Below are positions 54,375-64,000 of a DNA stretch of 64,000 bases, piece by piece. The stretch is from positions 186,001 to 250,000 of the forward strand of contig ML978126.1 of NCBI GenBank assembly GCA_010015805.1, written 5' to 3'. Made by a program: the position numbers and the translations under genes. The DNA is from Rhizodiscina lignyota. Its lineage: Eukaryota. The notes beneath the pieces were generated by a model. The model was not told the DNA's origin. It saw only the letters and a program-made list of their open reading frames with translations, and searched no databases. Within the stretch, counting starts at the first letter, position 1, and each line of letters begins with the position of its first letter.

Positions 54375-55289
54375 TCGATAGAGTTCCAGCCATTAATGAA
54401 AGGAAATGGTGATGTGTTGGAAAAGAGTGAAAGTGTCTTGACGCTGAGCACGAGGCTAGGCGCTGATAACGATGTGGTGAGCGTGACAGCGCGGAGAGCA
54501 GCGAAGGTGGGCGAGAAGCTTAAGAGCAAGCGGACGGAAGTGGTGTTGATGCGCGCACGTGCAGCGGGTTCACAAACGAGGTGGAAGGCGTGTTGGAGAG
54601 GAAGTTTGTGGATACTTTAATACCTATGCGGCTGCGTCACCGAGAGGGTTGGTGGAGGTGGGATGCGCTTGGCGTCTGGCACACAGTTGACCGGAACCTA
54701 AGGTACAGGCAGCCGCGGAAAGCCTCTCTCCCCCGCTGACTCAACTCGCGCGGCCAGAGAGGCCATTCTATCTATCTCGTTGGTGGCCGCGAGCGAGCTG
54801 GTCGCGTCTGGCTCCAGGCAGCCCTTCGGCGGAGCGCAGGCTGGCTATTTATGTTCTCCTCGCCTTGATCGACGCCATTTCCGTTATCTTATCGAATCGT
54901 CTGACGCGTGAGCACGTGCTGGCTGGCGGCCGCAAATCCCGCTGCCGGCTACCTATGCGTCTTGCTTCATGCGGAATCCGTTATTCCAGCGCGGTCGGTC
55001 CATTACATCGTTGAAACGCTATTCATTATCATGCCATGCCCGACACGCATCCACGCCAGGTTGATTGGGTTCTCACCCGAGTGGGACCTTCCTTTTTTCG
55101 TGATATAACTTTTCAAGCACGCCATTCAGAGCCCAGCGATCAGCAGAAGGCCAATTGACAATCCGGTAAATTTCCGCAATTGATAGTCTGGGTATAACTT
55201 TTTCTTCGCTCGCTCTTCTACGTGTAACTCACACTCTCCGCTCGAGTACATCTCCCCCATATCTCCATATCTCTATCCCATCCATCGCA

Positions 55290-56614
55290 ATGGCGCCAGC
55301 AGTAGCTGCCGAGACACCCGTAGCCCCTCATCTTCTCTCCAAGACTATCGTAAAGGACAACAATAATGCGCCAAGAGACATCTTTCCGGACGGCATTCGA
55401 ACCTCAGGCCAACACAACCCTCTGTACGACCAATTGAAACCGTACGAAGCCTTTCCGAAAGAAATAACGGGCCCAACTGTCTGGAAGAAGGAGGACTACA
55501 CCAATAACCCGGAGCGATGGACCCATCCATTCGGCGAAGACGAGATTGCAGAAATTGGAAAGGCTGCGGATGATTTCATTGCCAGTGGAACGCCATTGAC
55601 TGGCATCTCAAAAGTATACTTCAACAAGGGACTTGGTCGGCTCGACACACTCATATTTACACTTTTTTTTAGGGGCTCTTCCCATTACCTAATCTTGCTG
55701 GTTTTTTGACGTCCATCAAGAACGAGCTTCTCAACGGCAAAGGCTTCATCCTGTTCAAGAATTTCCCCGTTAATGAATGGGGCTTGCACAAGTCGGCCGT
55801 TGCCTACATGGGTATCGGCGCGTATCTAGGTTATTTTGTCTCACAGAATGGAAAGGGACATGTGCTTGGCCACGTAAAAGATCTGGGTGAGGATTCCAAA
55901 GCAATCGACAAGGTCCGAATCTACAGGACAAACGCGCGGTATGTGATTCCACCCATCCTATGCAAGCTCAAGGCTGATCTTGTCAACAGCCAATTCTTTC
56001 ATTCTGATGACGGTGACATTGTCGGCCTTCTTTGTATCGCCCGTGCTCTTGAAGGCGGCGAATCCGATATCTGCTCCACGCATCATGTCTTCAACATACT
56101 CCAGCGGGAACGTCCGGACGTGATCGACCTGCTTACGCAGCCGATCTGGTACTTCGACCGCAAAGGCGAAACTTCGCAGGGACAAGAGGAGTACCTGCGC
56201 AACTGCGTCATGTATATGGAGACCGGTGAAGACGGTCGCGTGTACACAAAGTGGGACCCGTACTTTGTTCGCTCTTTGACTCGCTTCTCAGACAAAGGGA
56301 TCGTTCCGCCACTAAGCGAGAAGCAAAAGGAAGCGATGCAGGTGTTGGAGGACACTTGCAATAGGCTAGCATTGCACATGATTCTTGAGGTTGGGGACAT
56401 CCAGTTCTTGAGCAATAATCACGTGCTCCACGCACGCACTGCCTATGTGGACCATCCGCCGCCGCACCCAAGAAGGCACCTCATGAGGCTGTGGCTCGCA
56501 GTACCAGATACAGAAGGAGGATGGAAACTGCCGATGCCGGACACTCATGAGAAGAAGAGGGGTGGCATCCAGGTCGACGACGTAGCACCCGTTTGCCCGC
56601 TGGACGCCGAGTGA
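55290..56614 (+). CDS. TauD/clavaminate-synthase-like Fe(II)/2OG dioxygenase
   Basis: QFFHSD (HxD), VGLLCIARALEGGES, GDIQFLSNNHVLHART and RHLMRLWL; two introns. Confidence 0.92.
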
Positions 56615-56687
56615 AATCCCGCAATAGAATCTTGCTCTATTTCTACATGTGTATTTTGAACAATGTGCAGATATTTATAAAGCAGGG

Positions 56688-58183
56688 CTATAGTCGAGCA
56701 GTTCCACTCTCGGCCTTGAATTTTTGCAGCAATTCAGAAGCTAGTCGTGCTTCTGCGGGAAGATCTTCATCCCATATCCAGCTCATGCGCGTCCTCATTA
56801 TCGCCGCCACACTCTCCTTGTCCTCTCCAATCTCTGGTACTTCAAACTCATATATCTCCGCCTGCCGCTTACTCTCTACCACCAGTTTCTGGCTGCGCTC
56901 CCTCCTTACTGCATCATATGCCTTGAATGCGGCCTCCAGATCCCCGTCAATTGTCTCCTGACCGATCAGCCCACTCAATACATACGAGTCTTCAATCGCC
57001 ATCCCTGCTCCAGCGCCACAGTGTGGCGTGGACGCGTGTGCTGCGTCACCCAAGATGCATACGCGACCTTTGTAATAGTATGGCGCGGGTGGATGCATAA
57101 AGAGGGCCCAGATGTTCGGCTTCTCCACGTTTGCTATTATATTTTGCACGTGCTGGCTCCACCCCTTGAAGTCGTTTTGCATTGTTTGCTTGTCGACTGT
57201 GATAACCCACTCGGGATTTTCCCATTTCTCTCTGCTGCGGAAAGCAACGACTTGTAAAAATGTAAGTTATTGTCTCGGTCGAGGGGGAATGGAACCAAGC
57301 TGGGTCAACTCACCGTTCATCGTTTTCCCCCTCTCGATCGGAAAAGTGAGGACATGCCCATGATTGCCAAAGTACATCTGGCTGTTGTTCGCCAGTTCCT
57401 CTCCCAGCAATTCTGAGGCCTTCTGCATAGGTATCAATGCTCGGTACGCGTACCTATTTGCGAGCGACAGACATCAGCGGCTCAGAATATTTCAGACACG
57501 GCCCACATGTAAACATACTTCCCGCTGAAGAAAGCTTTCGCTGCGGGGTGTCCCTCGCCCAGTAACAATTCCCTTGTTCTGCTCTTGATGCCATCAGTGC
57601 CGATGACTGCTATATGCCTAGCTTCCGTCCCGTCCGCGAATCTCAGCACAACACCTTTCTCCGGCCCCTCATCCGTCAAATCAACCAGCCTCTTTCCAAA
57701 CCTCGAGATCCCGTCCGGCAGCAACGCGACCATCTCGTCCAGAAAGTGCGCTCTGTGTACCGTGCCACGTCCTGGCGGCGTGTCCAAGCTCACAATCAGC
57801 TCGCCCACCCGCTGATTATCCCACTTCGTGCCGTCTTCATCAACCTGTATCTCGCTCTCTGGAACATCCTCCAGCCTCACCTCCTCCGGCCCCTCGCCAA
57901 TCTTCTTCCCAACTCCGTACCGGAAGTCAAACCACCTGCTCTTCTTGCTCTCCCACAAGTTCTGCGTCTTGCGGTTCTCGAACCCCTGCCGTATCTTTGG
58001 GTCGATGAGCTCCATGGCGCGCGACGCATTGGGCCCAAAGGCAACGCCTGCGCCGATCTCGCCAAAGCTGGAGGCGGATTCGTATAGCGTAACAGGTACT
58101 TTCTGATGGAGGAGGCCGAGGGTGAGGGTCAAGCCGGCGATGCCGCCGCCTACGACGGCAATCGTGTGAGTTTTCTCTGCCAT
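56688..58183 (-). CDS. Class A FAD-dependent monooxygenase, salicylate hydroxylase-like
   Basis: GGGIAG, EIGAGV, GTDGIKSRTR and LGDAAHASTPHCGAGAGMAIED; two introns; ends in ARL. Confidence 0.92.
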
Positions 58184-59292
58184 CGTCAATGGAGGAGGCT
58201 TGCTTAGGCGCCGTTCGTCCAATAGATTCGTCTGCGCTGAGTGAGGCACTTCGGCTCGAAACAAGAGGTGGTGACGTAGAGCTTATGAGAGATTCGACAG
58301 CAGAAAGAATGGCTTCAAGAACGCAATTGGCTCTACTTATCCTTTGTCGCGGCGACAAGCCATATACGAGCCCCCGACGCCGCATACAAAATATCTGAAT
58401 ACATCTTTCGCGAAGTCGGCAGGTCTACTCAGCGAGCGGAAGTCTGCCGCTTTCCGAATAGAGTGCCGTTGGAGGGGTATCGCGGGGATGAAGAAGCGCG
58501 AAGCGCGATTCGCGAACGGAGTCGGAGTGGAGGTGTTACCAGGCCTTGGCGGTGGTAGGTACGATACGTGATCAATGCATGTGAGAAGTTCTAATAAAGT
58601 AGGGAGTCGACGATCCACTCTCGAGCAGGTCGAGTTGGATCTTGTACCTGAGAGGGTCTTCAATCAATTGGGTTTCCTCTAACTGTCTGATGAGCAGGAC
58701 TTCGCGAACACCTGTTTCTACGCAATGGCTAACACACAATCCAGGAGGTTCGCGGCCAGCCATGTCCCCTCTCCCAAGTCCCATCCAACGGCGCTACGAC
58801 GACGAGTACTGTCAATGGAGCTACAGACGATACCCGCATGCCATCCCAACAATGTCTCTGTTACCGTTACTCAAAGAAAAAGTGACACTCACATCACATT
58901 TTTTAACATTTCTGCGAACAAAGAACGGCTACAACAATTCACCAAGACACCAAGACAATGACATTGTGAGTCTAGGAAAACAGAACATGTTGCTTTGGAG
59001 ATATGCTCAACTCCTTTGTGCTTACATCTCGATCTTTGTCCATTGTGAAGGCTTCCATCTCGCTCGAGGCGCATATAAGATGGAAGACTGGCGACATCTG
59101 AAGGCTCCTCCCCAACACACTCCTCTGCACCATCGTCGGCCTGGGAAGATTGTCAAGTCCCCTTCTGCAGCGCAGAAGGTCTCATCTCAAGCTTCTACGG
59201 CCGGCTCTGGTGCACTCTCCACTCACTTTATCTCCTTCGCAGACCCCTTCACCCACCCTCACTTCTTGGCACCCCACAATTTCTCAAATCAA

Positions 59293-60723
59293 ATGGATCA
59301 GAACGCGTCTTCTTCGTCTTCTTTTCAGACGACACCACCAGATATGTTCGGTCCATCTCGCGCTCGGAGAGCGGATTCTTTCCAAGCAACGCCACCAGAA
59401 TCAGATGGTTCATCTGACGCTATAGAATTCAAGGAGGTGATCCCCGGTGACTACGTATCTCTTCCCAGTTATGAGTACTATAATCCTTCGACTCCTGTCC
59501 CATTTCCTCCTCCGGAAACCAAGGTAGACTCGTTTGACCTCCACTGGGTCGTGCACCAGCGCCTCGGGGCTGGGGCAAACGGAGAGGTCTTCCTCTGCCA
59601 GCGGAGTCGTACTTCTCCGCACTGGCTCGAGAGTGACGCTGGACTTTTTTATGCTGTAAAAAGGTCTACAAATGGTTGGAGCAGCGGTCCTAACTCCCTC
59701 TTCCAGGAGTTTATAAACCACAAGTTTCTTCTACTCGAACGCGGCTCGAACTGTCCAGAACTGAAGTGCGTTCTGATGAACGGACACGACTCAGCGCCGG
59801 AAAATGTCAGACCGACCTGGATATCTTTCCCTTGGGTTAAAGGCCCAAGTTTGGATCGTCTCATTCTTAAACGTCTGAGTTTAGATACACCGAAACCGCT
59901 CCCAGGGGCTTTCATCTTCCAGATCATGGAGGATTTACTGGAGTTCCTAATGTGGCTCCACAAGCCGGGACAAAATGGTAGGCCCTCGGGTGCGCACTGC
60001 GATCTGCACATCGGCAACATCAACGTTGATATCACCAAAGCTGTACCGCGTGGTCGTTACCCTTCTGTACTTGTCCTGGATTTTGGTATGTCCGAGTTCT
60101 CAGATCCCACGATACGTGGCCAAGATGACAAAGTCTGGGAAAGGCAACAAGAAGATCTGGAGATGTTTGGTGACATCGTACACTGCGCAGCTCACTGCTG
60201 TCTAAGGTATGAGCGCGACCCGGCTTTCCACACAATGGCAATCGGATGCCATCATCCTCGGAGATGCGAGGGAAAATGTGCCTTGGTGGTTGATGACAAG
60301 TCAGAAGACCTCTTCAGCCCAACGAGCGAGATATGGCACTTCCTCATGAGCACCACCGTAAACCGAAGCCGTTATCTCGGGACTGACGCTGAGCGTGTTC
60401 AGAAACTCTATGCGCTTCTCATGCCATGGATTGAGAAGCAGAAGGCCTTGACGTTTGACCAGAAGGAATGCGATGAGTTCGTTGACTATTTACACTCCAT
60501 TTCTGCCCAAGAACCGATCCCTCGTACGGACGTCAACCCTCGTCCGGCAAAGCACGTCTCCAAGTGCAAAGAGCCGAAAACTAATAAGAGCGGTAAGGCT
60601 CCGTACAAGTCCAAGATCCCGCTCAGGCCTCGTCAGGGCGTCAAGAAGGCAAAGAAAACGCCACCTAAACGGCGCAGCGACTCCGAGCTTGATCAACTCG
60701 AGCGCCTCTTCAACCAGAAATAG
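59293..60723 (+). CDS. Divergent protein-kinase-like protein
   Basis: LGAGANGEV, YAVK, helix-C Glu, HCDLHIGN and LDFG. The frame is open upstream to 58642, so the start is uncertain. Confidence 0.8.
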   Translation: MDQNASSSSSFQTTPPDMFGPSRARRADSFQATPPESDGSSDAIEFKEVIPGDYVSLPSYEYYNPSTPVPFPPPETKVDSFDLHWVVHQRLGAGANGEVFLCQRSRTSPHWLESDAGLFYAVKRSTNGWSSGPNSLFQEFINHKFLLLERGSNCPELKCVLMNGHDSAPENVRPTWISFPWVKGPSLDRLILKRLSLDTPKPLPGAFIFQIMEDLLEFLMWLHKPGQNGRPSGAHCDLHIGNINVDITKAVPRGRYPSVLVLDFGMSEFSDPTIRGQDDKVWERQQEDLEMFGDIVHCAAHCCLRYERDPAFHTMAIGCHHPRRCEGKCALVVDDKSEDLFSPTSEIWHFLMSTTVNRSRYLGTDAERVQKLYALLMPWIEKQKALTFDQKECDEFVDYLHSISAQEPIPRTDVNPRPAKHVSKCKEPKTNKSGKAPYKSKIPLRPRQGVKKAKKTPPKRRSDSELDQLERLFNQK

Positions 60724-61004
60724 GTAAAGTACTGTGTGTCCCCTGTTCAGGTAAGGTCACAACCTGAATCTTCCTTTCCCCCCCTTTATTTTAGTTTCAC
60801 TTTCGGTTTATTGTTAGGTAAGTTTGGCTCCGGACGTCGTAATGTTTAATTGCATGTTCGGCTGGTCCGACAACGTATGCTTGACGCATACTCGCTACAG
60901 GTAAGTTGGCAAAATCTAATATGAAACTCTTCTGGGAAAATTCTTCTCCTTCGTGTGCTTTCTTTGCGTGATACCGCGATATGACAAAGCTTAAAAGATT
61001 GTAA

Positions 61005-63015
61005 TAATGTCTGTCCCTATATAACGAGAATCCCTATATAGCGAGAAAATTAACAGGTACCTCGATTTTAAACAGTCTAAAATTTGACTATACGATAAGA
61101 TTTTTTATACCTTTATATTAGTCGTATACTACTACTATCCTAGAATACTTAGACTCTTCTACTATTAAAAATTATAGTTATATTATTATCTTCTTACTAG
61201 TTTAGTAGAGAGTTTCTTTTTATAGTAAAATAGAAACTATACTACCCGTATCTAATTCCGGGCTATCAATTGCGGAGACTGGCATGAAGGGAAACTGGAC
61301 TCTAGACAATCCTCCCATTGCTTTGTTCCCCCGCGCTCTTGAGGCGTCTTAGGGATGATTTCGCTTTACATAATGTAGAAGCTATGTGAGTAATACCGTC
61401 TCGAACATGTCCGAAATCTACTACTACCTAACTTGTCAGATTTTGTTACAGGGCCTTTGTTTTTCTAATCTGATCGTTTGATCACCATTCGTTTATTTTA
61501 TCAACACATTGTACAAAGTTTTCCAATTCTTATAATTTTGACAGCGCATTATTCTTACCCTCACAATGGCATTGTTCTCTTTGAGACTTACGAGATCAAA
61601 ACCCGCTACTCGAATATAAGAGTGCTTGGGTCTTACCCACACTTATTCCGTTTCCACCGCAACTATACTGCTCGCAAGTGGACTACGTCTTTCATCAACA
61701 GAAGTGCTCTGCACATCCCTTGGCTTCCATTGTATGCCCAATCGTCTTGTCAATTATGTACTCCGTGTTTACTCGAGAGTTTCTCACCTACCAGCTTGGT
61801 GACCCTATTGACAACTCTGAGAGGACCTCACAACCCTCCTTCATAATCGACAACGTTCTTGTTCTTGAACAATTGGACATGCGCATCAGCGCAATGGCTC
61901 GAGGTCGAGGTGTCTCCGCCAGCCGTGCAAAGGAATATTCTTTTCAGATGGAGGCTTCCGACGAGGACGATGAGACCGTTACCGTCAAGCTACCTTTGAC
62001 AATGGTTGAAGAAGAGAAGTGTCCCGAAGTCGACAGTCTAGACGAGGAAGGGAAATACGCCAAGTCTGTCATTGACAAAATGAAACTTCGTTGTGCTGAC
62101 CTAGAAGCACAGAATCTGGCCCAAACTTTGTGGATAGACGAACTCGAACAGCGTTGCAACAATCTTGAGATTGCTTATCTTGAGAGCCTACCCAAGAAGT
62201 ACGAGGAGAAGTCAAGCATACTCGAAAGCGCACTGCAGAATGCTCACGAAAACTCCATCCAGCATGCCGCCGAGGTCAGGGAGTACAAAGAGAAGGCGGC
62301 CACGCTCGAGCGAGCCCTCCAAGACGCACAAGAGTATTCCAGCAAGTATGCTGCCGAGCTCAAGGACAAATGCAATTCAGCGGTCGCTCGACTCAATGCT
62401 CAGGTGGAAGAGGCCGTGCGGAAGGCGTCAATCTTTCGCGAGGTGCTGCAAGGTGAACGGGAGAAGTCCAACCAACAAGCGGCAGAGATCAGCGAGCTTC
62501 GGCAGCAGAATGAGGAACTCAGGGATATTTTGTGCTTTTGACAGGACCTGCTTCTCGGTGTTTTGGCGCATTCGCATAGAACTTCTTTCGTATTGAAGAT
62601 CTCGCACGAACGGTAGTGAAACGTTCCTGCCAAAGAGAAACGATTGACAATGAAAAAGGAAGAGATAACTAGATCTAATTAGTTGGACTCATGTCTTTGT
62701 AGCATTTCCGGCGTACTTGTCCTGTAGGCCGGCAAATTGAGGCTGCCTTTCGGGTATTCCTCTGCTCACTGTGCCTAACGCATTATTATGCCGTCCCATA
62801 CTTGTGCCCGCTATAAAATCAGATATAAAGGCGGTAACACACACGTAATTTTCGTAGTAGCTGGATTCGGGAGTATCTAGGGTAGCTATAGCAAATAATT
62901 TATATTAAGCTACGACAAATATCGACGTATTGTTAGGTACTGAGCTACTTGAAATTAAAGTACCCCTTGATTTTCTCGGCCAGGGGGGCTTCTCGCGACG
63001 TAGGGATAGACATTG
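61005..63015. mobile_element. Degenerate inverted-repeat-bounded element (probable non-autonomous DNA transposon relic)
   Basis: 61006-61144 aligns ungapped to the reverse complement of 62876-63014 at 89/139 identities by hand count; 33 of the 50 mismatches are transitions. The arms are AT/TpA-rich and a TA follows the right end. Confidence 0.65.
61678..62541 (+). CDS. Hypothetical coiled-coil protein inside the inverted-repeat element
   Basis: 288-codon open frame with a heptad-rich C-terminal half and a 28-aa tandem repeat (YEEKSSILESALQNAHENSIQHAAE / YKEKAATLERALQDAQEYSSKYAAE). The start codon is unclear. Confidence 0.6.
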   Translation: MDYVFHQQKCSAHPLASIVCPIVLSIMYSVFTREFLTYQLGDPIDNSERTSQPSFIIDNVLVLEQLDMRISAMARGRGVSASRAKEYSFQMEASDEDDETVTVKLPLTMVEEEKCPEVDSLDEEGKYAKSVIDKMKLRCADLEAQNLAQTLWIDELEQRCNNLEIAYLESLPKKYEEKSSILESALQNAHENSIQHAAEVREYKEKAATLERALQDAQEYSSKYAAELKDKCNSAVARLNAQVEEAVRKASIFREVLQGEREKSNQQAAEISELRQQNEELRDILCF

Positions 63016-63051
63016 TACAGTTCAACTTACTCTGTTTCATGGTCATATGCC

Positions 63052-64000
63052 TCACAGATATGCTTTCGTCTCCCTTTCACACCAGTCCCAGAATTTCTCG
63101 GCGATACCCCCGCTCTTTCCCATCTCCTCTTCGAGATCCTTCCTGTTTCCTCCAAGTCTGCCCCATGGTAAGACATAGCCGCCATCATTATCTTTTGTTA
63201 TATCCTCGCTCCACCCGGACCACAGCTCTGTATAAGCTCCAAACACGGCATCGTACAGGAGAAGGCGATTTACGATGACCAGCGCGATTGCAGAATTATG
63301 CCGCTGCAGCTCCGTTTTGAGGTTTCCGGGGTTGAAGCAGATACTGATGACTTTGCTGCCTTTGCCGAGTCGCCGCGCGTACTCGTACGCGAGATATCGA
63401 TCGCCAACTTTTGAGTAACCGTATGACGAGCCCTTAGGATAGTCAGGAGCATTAGTCTTGTTGTCCCAGAGCATTCCGCCTTTCGGCGTCCGTAGATCCA
63501 TTTCAAGGCTTCCGGCCCACGTTATGCGTACGGAGTTCACGGGAGCGGTGGCAGCAGTCTGTTCGAGAATCGGGCGCAGCAGGATCGCAAGGAGGTAATG
63601 GCCGAGGCAGTTTGTGCCGACTTGCATGTCGTGCCCTTGCGCGGTCTTGCTTCCGGCTGGCGGATGCATCACTCCAGCGTTGAGAGTCAAGACGTCAAGT
63701 CGGCGCTCCTTCTGTTGGAAAGCTTGTACAGCTGGCTTTATAGTCGGAAGATCCGCAAGATCAAGCTGGAGGAACTCAACACGGCCGCCGGACCTGGGAA
63801 AATCGTTTTTCAGCTTCGTGATTGCCGCGTTGGCTTTGGACTGCGAACGGCCCGCTACGTAAACGGTGGCATTGTGCTGATAGAGGATTTCAACGAGCTT
63901 CAGGCCGACGCCAGTATCTTCAAAGGTCAGCTTTAGCCTTTTATTTCTAGGATACCAGAAAGGGAGCTTTACAGCCACCGGTTACCAGGTGAACCTTTCC
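63052..64000 (-). CDS. Short-chain dehydrogenase/reductase (retinol-dehydrogenase/WWOX-like), 5' end outside the window
   Basis: Spliced GKVHLVTGGYTGVG, LDLADL, LNAGVM, TNCLGHY, YGYSK and NPGNLKTEL. Confidence 0.93.

Overview
Gene-dense eukaryotic DNA from a filamentous ascomycete (Pezizomycotina-type). The evidence is many short GT-AG introns with CTRAY branch sites and fungal orthologues. It holds about 23 protein genes, most of them multi-exon, so the ORF track fragments or misses several. Conserved genes: Izh3-type PAQR, INO80 subunit Ies1, Ded1, cyclophilin B, mitochondrial S13, Psh1-like RING ligase, NatB subunit Mdm20, Lsm5, Sso syntaxin and Chk2. Others: a BTB protein, a WRN-type exonuclease, three transporters, two Fe/2OG dioxygenases, a flavin monooxygenase, an atypical kinase, a large E2 and an SDR. 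Most notable observations: (1) a frame-preserving 750-nt three-zinc-finger segment inside IES1 that looks like a cassette exon; (2) a ~2-kb element bounded by decayed ~140-bp inverted repeats that carries a coiled-coil ORF rather than a transposase; (3) introns whose retention would switch the C-terminus to an organelle-targeting signal (CypB RGEL vs membrane anchor; S13 ending in SKL); (4) a candidate 52-aa zinc-ribbon microprotein; (5) a small secreted Cys-rich protein. No tRNA, rRNA or CRISPR was recognised. Exon boundaries were read by eye and are not transcript-verified.
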